A DNA stretch of 64,000 bases, taken from positions 57,164,001 through 57,228,000 of the forward strand of contig CM059427.1 of NCBI GenBank assembly GCA_030390025.1, in the 5' to 3' direction. The notes under the pieces were generated by a model that did no database searches, was not told where the DNA came from, and was given only the letters and a program-made list of their open reading frames with translations. The stretch comes from Squalus acanthias. Its lineage: Eukaryota. Positions 35,276 to 48,460 of this stretch are shown here, piece by piece (the stretch's first letter is position 1; each line of letters opens with the position of its first letter). The translations under genes were made by a program, and so were the position numbers.

Positions 35276-37426
35276 TGCGTTGTCCTAAATTAGCATGGAT
35301 AAATGAGCCATGAGTGCCATCAGGTTAACTGGTAAACTCATCCATGATGATCTTCTTGGCATCAAATTCTACCAGTAAATTCATAGGCTGGAAACCTCTG
35401 CTGTCAGTGCATACTTGCATATTCTCAGCAGTTCAAAGTCATTAGGGAAGTCAACAATAGCAAACAATTCCTCTTTGGTTTTGTGTTACTGCTGCAGGGG
35501 CATTTGGAAGCTAAGATAACAATTTGTCATCCTCAGCATAGCAACAGTGAGTTGAGAAATTGTTTCAGACATTGCTGACTGAGTGTTGCCCATGGTTGCT
35601 ATGGCAGGGGTCTGAAAGATGCCAGTGGCACAGAAGGTAAGTGCAGTAGACGCCTTCACTGGCATTGACAGTAAAGCTGATGTGAGTCTGCCATTCCAAC
35701 TCCATTTTAAACTCTTCTTCAGAGGTCAGAGCTTTGTTTATTAATCATAAGTCTGTCCAATCATTTAAGTAAACTAGTGCCACATTTATAAGTATTAAGG
35801 GGTGCGCTACTTTATTAAATTCTAGTATGTGTGTATATAAATAGCATCCATCTATTTGAAATTGGCAATAACATCTGAATTGGCAGCCATTTTATACCCC
35901 AGTTCTTCAATCATTTGTCTGCAGAAAAGTGAAGAATGAAGTGAAGTCTGAAGTCACGAATGAGGCATAATGCAAAGACTTCAGCACAGAATTTTGTGAA
36001 CAGACTCACATTTTGTGCCAAAGTGCCTAATATACACAGATATAAAATGTGTCAACACACAAAAAAGTCAAGAGTATAGAGCATGTCTCAAACAACACTT
36101 GGAGCAAAATGTATTCAGGCACATTGGTACAGAATTTGCATGTAAGTGTGAAAAATTAAGTTGCATTTAGCTCATCCTTTTCTCAGCTAGCACTTCTGCT
36201 GCGAAGACATGCACACCCTATTCACGGAGCTCCTGGGATACTACCTCGGCAGGGCAGCGCCATCTGATTTTATCTCTCCACTCACCCCCCGTGGGAGTAG
36301 ACCCTCCCCCTCCCACCCCCACCATTACAGTGTTTTGAGTGCTTCATGTACAACTGCAGCTAATTTTATGCACCCCTTTGTGGCTATGATTCTCGCCTAC
36401 ACTATAGCCAATTGCATGGCAGGAGGGAAACCTATGGAAAAGTAAAATGATGGCACACACACACACTAATTTGTCCTTCTGCATATATTTTCAAAGGGCC
36501 AAATTTAGCCAATCCCAAAAATTCTAACCAAGGCTAAATTTAGATATTCACCAAATTAATTTAAATTGGATCAATTCTGGGTACTTAGTTCAGAACGCAT
36601 ATTAATCGAAATCCACTCAACTTCCTCCTCATAGTTTACTTGTGTACAGTTTCCTTGCTTCAGATCTTCTTTTCACCTTATCCTGTAGTCCTACACCATC
36701 TGTCTTGGTGCTAGCTAGCTCTCCTTCAAGTAAGGTCCTGGAGGAGAAACTTTGGTTCAGCAGTTTCAGCGTTAGTATGTACAAGCAATGGGATAATTCC
36801 AGTCAGTAACTTATTACCCAGTAAGTTTTCACTTGTTTATTTGGCTGAGTATTTAAATATAAAAATAACATTAAAAAAAAACTTTTCTGTCTTGATGTTA
36901 AACACATATAGTAAACAGAATAAAGCCTGATGAAAAGTAACATCACACTTTAACTTCACTTACATGAAATATACATCTACTTCTCCTTTTTCTGTCTATT
37001 TAAAGGTCATCCCCACCCTAATTATAGTTACAGGCAAATGTAAAGGTCAGTTACCATTAGAATTAATTTGGTTATTGTCCAACTGAACAAAGCTGCTGGT
37101 GTCAGTTCTTATCCACCTGGGGCAATACTAATTGTCCATCCTACCTTAGAGATGTTCTCAGGAACTTCCTCTGTATCATCTTGTTTTAGTATTTGTTGAT
37201 CTAAAAGTGAGGATCTTTTAAAATGTACCTTTTTCCTTTCTCTGTTTATTTATGACTATGATTGCAGAGGTAGTTTAGTTGCAAGGGGACTTTGTCTACC
37301 TCATGAAGTGATACAGAATAATTCCTTCAGCACAGCTCCGAAAGAAAAAGGGCTCTGTTAGTAAGTACTTTTTCTGACACCAGCTGCTTTGTTCAGCTGC
37401 AGACTAACAAAAACCTAACTAGAACT

Positions 37427-37531
37427 CTGAAATAAAAACAGAAAATGCTGGAAATACTCAGCAGGTCAAGCAGCATCTGTGGAGAGAGAAACAGAATTAA
37501 CGTTTCAGGTCGATGACCCTTCGTCAGAACT
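37427..37531 (-). mobile_element. Penelope-like terminal-repeat element
   Basis: Same repeat family; AGAACTCTG present at both junctions. Confidence 0.75.
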
Positions 37532-37535
37532 CTGT
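37491..37535 (-). ncRNA. Minimal type I hammerhead ribozyme motif
   Basis: ACAGAGUU-CUGACGA-A-GGGUC-AUC-GACCU-GAAA-CGUU-AAUUCUGU: 8-bp helix I with one G-U pair, intact core. Confidence 0.75.
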
Positions 37536-37646
37536 GACTTGTGATCCATAATAACAAATAGCATGAAGCTACCTTTCATTGTTTTAGTTTCAAACCTACA
37601 CAGTCTTGTGCCATTCTGCTTTAACTGCTAAGAGCCAAAACACAAT

Positions 37647-37832
37647 GAGGTAGATTTTCAGCTTGGCGCCCGGGCGTAAAACTAGTGTTGCAGATCAGCC
37701 GCCCATTATATAAACTGCCCACTTTTCATTTCCAGAAATCTCAATGGAAATGGAAATTGGGCGCTTTCTATAAAGGGCAGCTGAACCGCAATGGCGATAT
37801 TACGCCCCGGAGGGAAGTAGAAAATCTACCAC
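37647..37832. mobile_element. Palindromic MITE (186 bp), related to 18219-18404
   Basis: GAGGTAGATTTTC / GAAAATCTACCAC ends, AAT duplication, shared internal ATCAGCCGCCCATTATA. Confidence 0.85.
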
Positions 37833-37899
37833 AATGGCTCTGATTTCAATCAGTGGTAATGCAATATCAGATTCAAGAGCAATAATAAAATAACAGTTA

Positions 37900-38350
37900 T
37901 TTTAATCTCTGCAAGAACAGCACAGAATAGCTCTGAAGCCACTGGCAAATTAGATATCAAATCCACGACCATTTTGTAGTTGGTGTTGGGAGCAATGACA
38001 ACAAGCATTAAGCTGGGTCCTCTGGGATTTAACAGCACTTATGGACCTAGTGATCTTCTGGACTGTTATTTAAAATGGCTATATGTAGGTGCATACTCAG
38101 AATATGTGGTAGACGGTACCCTTTTGGCCAGAGCCGCCCAGTAGGTATAGAAACTTGTGGAGCTCGTGCAGGATGCAATATGTGTGATGTTTGATCCTGA
38201 GCCGCCCTTCCTGCATTTTGGTGGTAGTGTTGAGGATCTATCTCCATACCTCTCTCTACTTCTTCCTTAAAAGATGGCCTGGGTTTCATTTGCAGGTTTT
38301 CTGTCACAACTTGGTCATGGAGATGAGCATGGTGCACAGAGTGGAGGTGC
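37900..38350 (-). pseudogene. Very decayed Harbinger transposase N-terminal region
   Basis: Acidic/Q-rich stretch, then GYRLPHIL...LNNSPEDH and a downstream FASG remnant, in the same order as 4718-5100. Confidence 0.4.
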
Positions 38351-38442
38351 ATTTACAGGAGGCTATTGGGGAGTGCAGGAAGAATCCCAAGGGGGTTGGC
38401 TCACATTGATGTCTGCAAGGTATTGCAGGGTTATTGACTTAT

Positions 38443-38547
38443 ATTACAATAGTGACTACACTTCAAAAAGTACTTCATTGGCTGTAAAGCGCTTTGAGAC
38501 GTCCGGTGGTCATGAAAGGCGCTATATAAATGCAAGTCTTTCTTTCT
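38443..38547 (+). mobile_element. DeuSINE 3' tail fragment
   Basis: ATTACAATAGTGACTACACTTCAAAAG...GGCGCTATATAAATGCAAGTCTTTCTTT. Confidence 0.85.
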
Positions 38548-38821
38548 TATATGTAACACTGTCCAAGGTCTCTATTGTTCTAAATGTGCTATTCTCCTTA
38601 TATTCTTTGATCTTACAAACTCTCTTATCCTATCCTACGTGTGATACACTCCTTAATGTCTATTAGTATAATTTCACAATAACCTATGAAAAAAATATAC
38701 AACATAAATATAATGCTTTTATACCTTGATGTTGTAGTGATCTTAACTTGTGATAATTGTCCAAAAAACATTTGCACTTAGCAAATATTGTACAGTTGTT
38801 TTGAGAGAGACAGTATATTAC

Positions 38822-39050
38822 ATGAGAATATAGGAATGTACATGACGAGAAAAGACCACTGCAGCCCATTCTGGTCAATCCCAAATTTCAAAAAATACCT
38901 TACATACTCTATCACTTATACCATTCAATTGTTTCTTTCATCAAAACACTAACCCTTTCCCTCTTGAATTTATCAACACTATCGGCTTCCACTGTTTTAC
39001 TGTGCAGGCTATTCCACACTTTTGCCATCATCGCGTTAAACGTTTTGTGG
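38822..39050 (-). mobile_element. Old CR1 3' fragment
   Basis: Reversed tail GAATATAGGAA...AAAAGACCACTGCAGCCCAT and GCTATTCCACAC (WNSL on the minus strand). Confidence 0.55.
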
Positions 39051-42000
39051 GTTTTTTTCCCCAACAAAAATAGATTTTACGCGCTGTTTATTTATTTTTA
39101 GAGGACAAGCACTCTCCAAAAATAGTTCTTACTGAGACTGGAGATTACTGAAACTCCAAGCTTAAAAATGACTGTCGGTGACGTGAGTGGATAAACACTA
39201 TTTATGCGAGATTTTAACCCGTTTATTATAAATAGGTTAATGCCTCCCTTAAAATAGCAGAAAAGAATGTCATACAAGTGAGTTACGTGTTCATTTACTA
39301 ATATTGCAAACAATAATTTCTAGGCTATATGCATGTGTGAATGGTAATTTGAAGGTAATCTGAGTCTGAAAGAGGATGAGTGACTCTATGTAAGTCTGTT
39401 TATAGTATAGCTTCATTACATTGTTAAGGGGTGCATTTATAAGCAGAGTACACAAGAGATTACTTCAACACAAATTAATTCAAAAAGGGGAGAAGCAATA
39501 TACTCAGATATTTTTCATGAAATAAGGCCCGTTTAACCATCTAAGCACTGCTGCCTCTGAGTATATCTGTAGATCTGTAGGCAGAGTTTCTATGTGTAAA
39601 TAAATGTGTCAGAGATTCACGTCAATCTTTCAAGTCTGGACTGCCGGGTGACTGGAAAAATTACCCAATTTTTTTTATAATTTGCTGTCACCTCCAAAAA
39701 TGTAGGGTGGAGGCCAGGAGAAAGAAGACACAAGGAAAAGGAAAGATTTTAAACTTAATTGGTCAGGGACCAAACATTAGAAAAGAAGGGGTTGAAAAAA
39801 TGAATACGGGAAAATAAGAATGACAAGAAGTACAGGCTTGTGTCAGGTTGAGACTAACTATGAACACTTACTGTGTTCATTTATAATTCCTTTCTAGCAG
39901 CGGCACCGAACTGATTAAATTAAATGATTAACATCTCCGCTAAAATATCAAAGCATGGAATGTCAGAAAATATGTTAAGCATTTGTGGTGTAATTTCAAA
40001 GGCAAAGTGATTATATTTTTTTATTCGTAATTAAAGTTTGTTTATGTGTTTATTTTAATAGTTAAGGGTTAATATTACAATAAGAAACTACTCCTAACAG
40101 TTGAGCAGCTTTATTGCAACATTATGTATTTCACTGTTATGCTGTGTGAGCTGAAAACTTGTCTGCCACAGGGAGAATGTCATTTCCCTGGCTCTGCTGG
40201 CAATCTAAGAGTTAAGTATCTGCATAACTGATGCAATCTTTTGGACCTAGTTAACAAGACATTACTAGCTGCAGTTAATGATGATCCTATTTGCTTGGAG
40301 TCATGTAGCAGGAAATTTGCGGTCACCTAGTTTGTCAATGAGTTTGGCTGTTTTAACAGCTAGTTCACTGGACTATGTGGTGTGATGGCAGAGGGTGGTT
40401 TAATCGCTGTTTTAGTCATCAAGATGGTGGGAAATTGTCAGTAAATTCTGAAAACTAATCAATAGACTATTCACTTAAATTTGTCAACAGATTGACTCCT
40501 TGTGCTGGTGTATACACAATTTCAGAAAATCATGGAAACCAAGTGACTATTTTGCTTGCAGCATTAAGTTTTCCAGCTTCATTTATGCACCAAATGTTGC
40601 AAAATTACATAATCAGTTGATGTTCTGATAAATACTTACTGACTCTGTAATCTTTTGCCAACAAATTGCATTCAATAGTATAGAATGTTGCTTTTTCATA
40701 CTACGCAATGTTCAGTGAAATTGGTCGAGTTTGGACACACAACAGGCAATTTGTAGTTTTATAGCGATTGGTTGAGTAAATTCCTCAGTGATTTAAAAAA
40801 TCTTAGTGAGTGAACCTTCAAGGTTCTGGCAATAGTTTGCTCAGAATATGAAGCCACTTTGCTTTTTTTAATTTAACAAAAACTTGTCAGATGATAAAAC
40901 AAACCAAATTGAAGTGTAGTTTAAATTCATCTGGAACTTGTCAAACCTCATAGAAGTGCAATGGGCCATTGCAGGGATTAGAAACAAAGGCAGGAGGGGG
41001 AGTGGGTTGAAGCGCATAATAAGTGGAGTGGAGTGTGGGCACATAACCCAGCTTGCAGCTAATGCCTCAGGTGTGTACCTAGGTGTATTAGAGCGCTTAT
41101 AATGAAAAATGGCGTTCTGATTCAGGAAATAAAAATGCCTTTTGAGAATCAGCAAAGTTTGAACAGAGAAGTCCCTGCCCAAAACACCACATGCTCATTT
41201 CATAAAATCTAAAAACCTGGCACCCTCACAGGCATCTGCCACTCGATCTAATGCCAGTCTATAGTATACTTAGAAACATCTGCTTCCCTGCACAAAAGGG
41301 ACAGAGTGCGCTTGACAGGTCTGTGTTAGCAAGCCGTGCTCTGCCAGTTTTTTTTATGAAAAATTCTAATGCTTCCCGTCAAACCATTAGCAATGATACA
41401 ATCAGCACAGACCCATTAGAGCATCAGTGTCCACCTGTGATAAAGAAAGCCATTTGTTTTCTTAAAGCTCACTTAATGTCCGTTTAACTCAATTTGTCAG
41501 GAAATGTGGAACAATTTCCTCTCAGCCTGCAATTTTGTAGCATTTTTCAAGTCAGAGGGACAGTAGAACATGAAGTCAAAGTGTTTGAAAGTCAGGGCTG
41601 CGCGAGGGCTGTGTGGGATTGTTGACATCTGCTGAGGTGGGAGAGATCAGTAAGCAGGAAATGGGGTGTCACTCCTAGTGGTAGTTTGCCATTATCTTGG
41701 CATTCTAATGAAGTGTCTGCAGCACAGAGCCTCTGGATGGCATCTTAACGCACGGATAAGCAAAAGCACTTCTCCCCCTTGTCACTGTCATCCATCTGCA
41801 TGCACCCCTACTGCAGCCAATGGGATGGAACCGTGCTACAACATTCAGTAAGCCATTTAGACTTTATGCATCACATGATTGGTCACACCAAATATGAAAA
41901 AATTTGTATTTTATCGGTCATTCTGTTGTAACACTGGCACCTAGAGTTTTATATGCTGATGCTGGCCTCAGTAGTGCTTCTGCTAATGATTCTGAATAAA

Positions 42001-42242
42001 TTCTGTATTAAACCACTGACAGAGAGCTTTAGTAACTGCTGGCAAAAACACAAATTGACGACTGTAATTTTACAAAACATGACAACTGTCTCATTTGTAG
42101 ACAGAGTATTAAATTATTCAATTAATAATGCACTATAACAAAAAATACCTTAATATTCTGTTTGAATAATTTAATATTCAAATTTTTTTCTCCTTTATTT
42201 TCTGTTGTTGTGGCAAATCACAGTAAATAAATATGATTAGCT

Positions 42243-42320
42243 AGGTGGCGCAGTTGACTAAGACCTGGGTTCAAATCCAGCCCAGGGTAAGTAAATGGAA
42301 GGCAGCCCTCCTGAGTAGCT
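42243..42320 (+). mobile_element. tRNA-derived SINE head remnant (LF-SINE-like)
   Basis: A-box GGTGGCGCAGTTG and B-box GGTTCAAATCCAGCCCAGG. Confidence 0.45.
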
Positions 42321-43309
42321 GTTGTTGTTCAGAAGATAACAGAGTTTTGCAACATAGTATTCAAACTGGATTCGGGGTCAGGTTCAGGTTCATGTGGGAC
42401 TGTTGGATTCCATACAGACAAGTGAATATTATCTTGGTAACATGGAAGACAGCAACTAGCAACTTAATGGATATATGCCGTTACTTTTGTGGCACATAAC
42501 AGCATGTGCCCAGATGCTCATACATGGGGGCACAATGACCCCTGCCAGTACCCAGCAGCGATATTCCTCTCAGTTTATTTCTTCAAATGAATCCAAACTG
42601 ATACTCAGTCATCTTCAGTGCCCACTGGAACACTGCTCCAGCAGTATAGCCAGATCACGTGCAAGAGCCCATTCAAACATAGATTCAGTGTGAAATTAAT
42701 ATGTAGTGGTCAAAATTCCAAAGCACGAAGTCACTGAGAATTTCACACTTATACCGTATACCAGGTTAAGTGAGTCTGATTAACTGGGTGAGGCCGATCA
42801 TAGCCTCTATTATGCCCTGAAAACAAATACAGAGTGTGCTCAACAGAACATTAAATTAGCTCCCAACGGAACTGTGCCCATTTTGTGTGTCAGTCTATTT
42901 TCAAGTGTAGCTTGTGGCTGCTCCCTAATTTAGCGCTTCTTCAGTGTGTTTCTCCATTGACTGGAGTTTAGGAGGTGGCATGCTGTTTTGTTTCAGTCAA
43001 AGGCCCTTGAAATGGTGGTGGCTACCAACCTAAGTGAGCAGGGGCCTGAGATGACTCAACTGGATGCTGCACCACTTTGTTGGCTGCAGGGACAGCCCGA
43101 CCCTGATGCTCTGTGGCATGTGTGTGGTCACTGGGTGAGGCGGAAGGGTACCAATCTGTTGTCATCCAGAGAAATAGCAACACCATCTATGCCCATTCCA
43201 TGTCTGCCCTGTAACTGGGTACTGTCTCAACTCACCTACTGAGCTGGGTGAAAGCAGACCCAATAAGAGCATTGAAATTACTGAAGCCCCCATCAATGGA
43301 TGTCTCGGT

Positions 43310-43477
43310 CAGTGTTCCCTCTAAGCTGTGCGCGTGCATTGCTGCGCAGCAATCTGAAAGGTACCGCGCAGGCCGCTCATAGCTGTTCCTTTCAAGATAC
43401 TGCGTGTACGCAGCCACCCAGCAATCTTACAGGTACCACAGGTCGGGCACAACAAAGAAAATTTAGAGGGAACATTG
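43310..43477. mobile_element. hAT-superfamily MITE (168 bp)
   Basis: TIR CAGTGTTCCCTCTAA / TTAGAGGGAACATTG; 8-bp TSD GTCTCGGT / GTCTCAAT. Confidence 0.88.
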
Positions 43478-46400
43478 GTCTCAATACAATCTCCTGACCT
43501 TTCCAAGAAGGAGGATACAGTAGAGCTGAAGGCCTGCATAGCTACAGTATAGGCATTCCTGAGAGCACTGGTATAGGCTCTGGTGTGGGTGATTTTGCTG
43601 AAGATTGCCCTGGAGTTACCACGCACGCCATGGTGAACTGCAGAGATTGTAATCCCTTGCATCAGAACTTCACACATGTGGGTTGTGGTATTCTCCACGT
43701 TAGCTACCATGTGCTGAAAGCTCCAATGACTGTAGCAATCTTTTATTGCAAATAAAGCATCCTTCTTTTAAAAGCAACGACCGCTGAAGTCTGCATCCAT
43801 GTCCTCTTCTGCAGATAGAAGAAGCCACCTGGTTCCTTTTCCTCCTGTCTCCCGATCACCTCTCCTGCTCATTTATCCATTTTGTATCACTTAGTTCACT
43901 CCCCTCAAAGTCACTGTCTAAATTCTTCAGGCTGGATAAAATTGAACTGGGTTAGAATGGGGGCTTTGCAAGGCTAGAATAAAAGTTCCTGTTTAGGTGC
44001 TGTTTCTTCAAGTATTTCACTGGACCCCAAATCCTATTTATGTTTACCTAGAGAAAGCAAAGTGGAATAAAGCATACAAACCATCTTTAATAGCAGTTTG
44101 GTAACAGTTTTCATTCCACACAATGACATGAGGAGTCTTAGGCAGGCTCCTCAAAATGTGTCAGAGCATGGAAGTTGGCCAGTCCTCCTCCTTTGCGGCT
44201 TCTCTCCTTCTTTATTATGGGTATTCTCCTCCTTTGCGTGGAGTAGAAAGGGTTGAATATTGCTAATGGCAAGAGGGCATTCAGGCATAATATCAGCATC
44301 ATGCTGCTACATAGATATAAGGAGTTCTCAGGAGGAACTGTATTTCAAGATGTCAAGAAAGGAACTGTTAATGCAAAATGGAAGTGCAGTGAACTCTTCC
44401 CTGATATATAATGGGCAAACATGGATGATTTTGAGGTACAATTGGACCTTTTACAGTTAGAACAGTTGGTGCGATCATTAAACTTTTCCCTGCACTATAG
44501 CCATGTCCTTGGAACAACACTATTAGTATTGACATGGTTTTCTACTTTCTGTCAACCATCCTGACCAAATCTCTGTGAGACATAGCACCTTACGAGAGGG
44601 ACGAGGACTTCCCTCCTTTGCCGCGCTTGGTCTAAAAAATATCCCAAAAAGTCTAAAAATTGATACACATGTAAAGTGGCCTATCTGTAAAGCCCTGCCA
44701 CTCATATGATAGCTTGTAGAAACTGCAATTTCATGATAATCTTGTATTCTCCTTTAGCGACAAAAACATCAATGCCTCTTTAAGCCCATGGCAGCATTTA
44801 AGACCTGCAGCAGCATGCAATGTCATACCTCTAATGAACATACTGCCAATCCCAGACATGACACGCACCTGCAGTTTGCCCACTATGTGGAAAATAGGTT
44901 GAACAGGCAAACTCAACCAGGTTCAGCATTTGTGGACCTAGGCATGCAATATTCTCCCCTTGCCCACTTCCCATCAGACTCTAAGATTGGCCCTGGTATG
45001 CTTGAATCCAGATTGCCCAATCAGATAGCTGGACTTATGGTTCCTTTTGATTTGATATGTCAAGCCCAGACCATCCAATATGATTGCAGCATTTTTTGAT
45101 TCCCACATTGTTAGGTTAACCATTTTCAGAGAATAGTGTGTAAGTTGCGAGAAGCTGAATGAATCATATTCCATGCAGCTGCACTTCCACCTACTTCAGA
45201 TTCAAACAGAAAACTGCCTGTTAGAACATAGTTCCAGTTAAGAACCAATCATTGATTTATTTATCTTTTAACTGAATATGATGAACAATTAACTAATTAC
45301 GTCAGCCTGAAAGTTTGCCTAATTGTATGATAGAGGATGCCACTGATTCTTGGTAGTGGAAAATATAGTTAACCAGACTAGCAAACATGAATTACTGTAT
45401 CCATCAGCCCTGAGTCAGGGTATGGGTCATAAAAGAAGAGTGGTGAATGATGGGATTGTGACAAGCTCCATATCCTGCAAATAATGTGCTCTATCAGATT
45501 AACATTTTCCTGTTTTTTCTATCTTCAAGCACAGGAAATGCAGAATTCCACAAAAAGTCAATAGACAAATAAAATGTTTCCAAATATGCTTGATCCATGA
45601 TCTGGTAAAATAGATTTGTTCAGGTATTTTACCCTTTAGTCACACACTCTCTGCCTGTCACATATAAGGTTGATACCAGCTTTTCCTCTCGCAGTGCATC
45701 ATATCTCCAAACCCCTCAATAAAATTTCTACCTTATAATCATTTCTATATATCCATTATTATTTCAGTAACATGCTCCCAGGATTTGTATAATCCTATAA
45801 CAACCATCTATGAATCTCCAGGTTATAATGTGGTACTGATATTAATGATTGCATGGAAACACCTCACTTGCAAATTCCAGAAAAGTTATTTTGCAATATG
45901 TAAATACGGATCTTTTATTAAACTTTTGCTATTCTTTCTCAGTGCATCAGCTTAAAGGTTAACAAGCTGCTTCCTCGAGAAAATATTAATGAGCAATGGT
46001 AACTTATTGCCGTGACCTTGGCCAGTCATTTTGGTCACCCAGCAGAATTTTACACAATATTGTTGTCATTTTCTTTTTTCATCAAGCAGCCTTGTTAATC
46101 CAGTAGAATCTGCCTTCCAAAACTGACTTCAGATTATCAAGTCACCAATGTATTAAGGTCAGATTAACCCTTTCAGTCCCAAATGTCCTGGGAATAACAT
46201 TTGTATTGTTATTCTAGAGTGGAGTGAGCCTTGGAAGGGAGATGCGAGTTCCAGTCTCTGAATACTGGGTTGACATCCAGTGGAATACTTGTGCCTGATG
46301 GGAATGGAGTGGCACTCACCCCCATCACATCTAGCCAGTCCTCCTGGTAGGGAGTTGTGATTTGTCTAACGACCTCTTCACGTAATAAAGGTTCTTTGTT

Positions 46401-47760
46401 ACGTAAATAAACCAAAGCATGATCTGCTGGATGTTAAAACTGTGGAAGAAGTGGGCTACCTCATGTGCCACTTGGCACGTAGAGGAAAGGAGATGATTCT
46501 CAGTTGAGAGTACCTTACTTGATTTTGCCTGGTACAACTGAACATGCTTCCCAAGAACCAGTTAATCTCACATTCAACTAGATTAAACCAAATAATATAT
46601 GCACCAACTTAATAACGGGATGCCACTTTTCATTATCCATTGTTGTAAATGCTGACGTTGCTCAGTATCTCTTTTCTGGAGTTTGAATGCAGCAATCACA
46701 CAAAGAACCATTCCTTACAACTGAGAAAAATAGCTTGGCAACAGCAGTGTTCAGTGGTGGTAACCAAGTTATTATTATTTCCAGTTGTTAGCAGTCAACT
46801 TTTGGAATTGAAAATGGATCAAAGGAAATACCATGAAATCCAGATTATAAATCACACTTGACTATGAATCACAGCCCTACTTTTAGAATTGTCACTTTGG
46901 CTCAAAAAATTCCCTAATATTGGGTATATTATATTTGTTATATTCAGCATATATCTCGAGGTGTAGTTTTCCGATGAAATTTATGGTTTATTGTTTATGT
47001 TGTTTCACGTTATTTATTTACAGGATATTGTTGTGACATAGAAGCATAGACATTCCAATCAGATGTAAGGCCACCTGGAAGTGGGGTGCTGCAAGAACAG
47101 CGCTTATATCACCCGGGTGAAATTCAGTAGAGGTATCATGAGCCATAGCTCCAGATGATCGCCTTGATCACTCAGGAGTCAGCCTGATACTTGCCTCCAT
47201 GGGTCAGATATTGGTGGGACAGTGGACTGCCTTAAAACAAAGGGATTGTGGCATCTTCCTGGGGAAGCAAGCATTGCCTTGCATAATCTACTGTTGATCC
47301 TTGCCAATGAGCTGAACATTCAGACAGCGCAATCCTTCTTGATTTCTGTAGGTAGTAGCTTTGTGCACGTAAAATTATGTGGGTGCAACCTAGAACTGCT
47401 GGACCTTCAGAAATACAAACAATTTGCAAAAGTTGCAAAGCTCTCATGCTGCTTCCTGTTGTGCATGAGGAAGGAGATAGAATTGGTTGCTGAAGCAAGT
47501 AAAGCATCAATCACCTGCTTTATATATCTATGGACTGCAGATTGTCTGATCTTGCCAGTGGCCCGTTGGAATCAGCAAGATACATAGAAGCTAAGAACTG
47601 TTGTGACCTCCGCAGTCATTGGCAGTTCCATGCGTGGATGAATTTGGCTGCAGGTCACTCTGCAGCATGTGGCACAGCTCAGTTACACTCTCCCTTATAA
47701 ATCAGAGCCTTCACAGGCATCACTGTTCTGATGGTTGTAGTTTTGTGCCTCTCAGCCTGT

Positions 47761-48120
47761 AAACAACAACAACTTCTATTTATATCACGCCTTTAACATA
47801 GTAAAACGTCCCAAGGCGCTTCACAGGTGTGTTATAAGACAAAAAATTGGCACCAAGCCACATAGGAAATTAGGGCAGGTGAACGAGGTAGGTTTTAAGG
47901 AGCGTCTTAAAGGAGAAAAGAGAGGTAGCGAGGCGGAGAGGTTTAGGGAGGGAATTCCAGAGCTTAGGGTCTAGACAACAGAAGGCACGGCCACCGGTGG
48001 TTCAGCGATTATAATCAGGGATGCTCAAGAAGGCAGAATTTGAGGAACGCAGATATCTTGGGGGGTTGTGGAGCTGAAGGAGATTACAGAGATAGGGAGT
48101 GGCGAGGCCATGGAGGGAAA
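47761..48120 (-). mobile_element. L2 LINE 3' end
   Basis: AACAACAACAACTTCTATTTATATCACGCC tail reversed; minus strand encodes LWNSLPKPLRL. Confidence 0.9.
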
Positions 48121-48460
48121 TAAGGATATTGGTGGATGGATGCACAGCACCTCTCGTGCAATCTGGTCTGCCAGGCATCTCTTTTGGTTCTCCTCTTCAT
48201 CCTCCAAAAAGCACAGATAGAGTGGGGAGTCCCATGGTGAAAAATTTTGTGGTATTATTGCAACTATTGGGGAAAAAAATGGCTGTGCCACAAAAGTCTT
48301 TTAAATGTCTAAGTGACAACAGCAAAATAACACAAAAGTGGTAGGGAAAAGGACTGAAAATTGTGCAATCTTTGTATATAGCTCTTTCAATGAACTTCCA
48401 TACACAGCTCAGTCCCGAGTAAACCTGGATGTCCATTTTATATGGAAGTGAATCAGTGTT

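Noticed and set aside
42900-43950. GC-elevated region around the hAT MITE (also ~41000-41860 and 47180-47750) as exons
   Set aside because: No coherent frame or splice sites; probably very old transposon remnants that I cannot classify.
46209-46415. 68-aa protein-like minus-strand ORF
   Set aside because: No family recognised, no ATG start and no clear splice sites.
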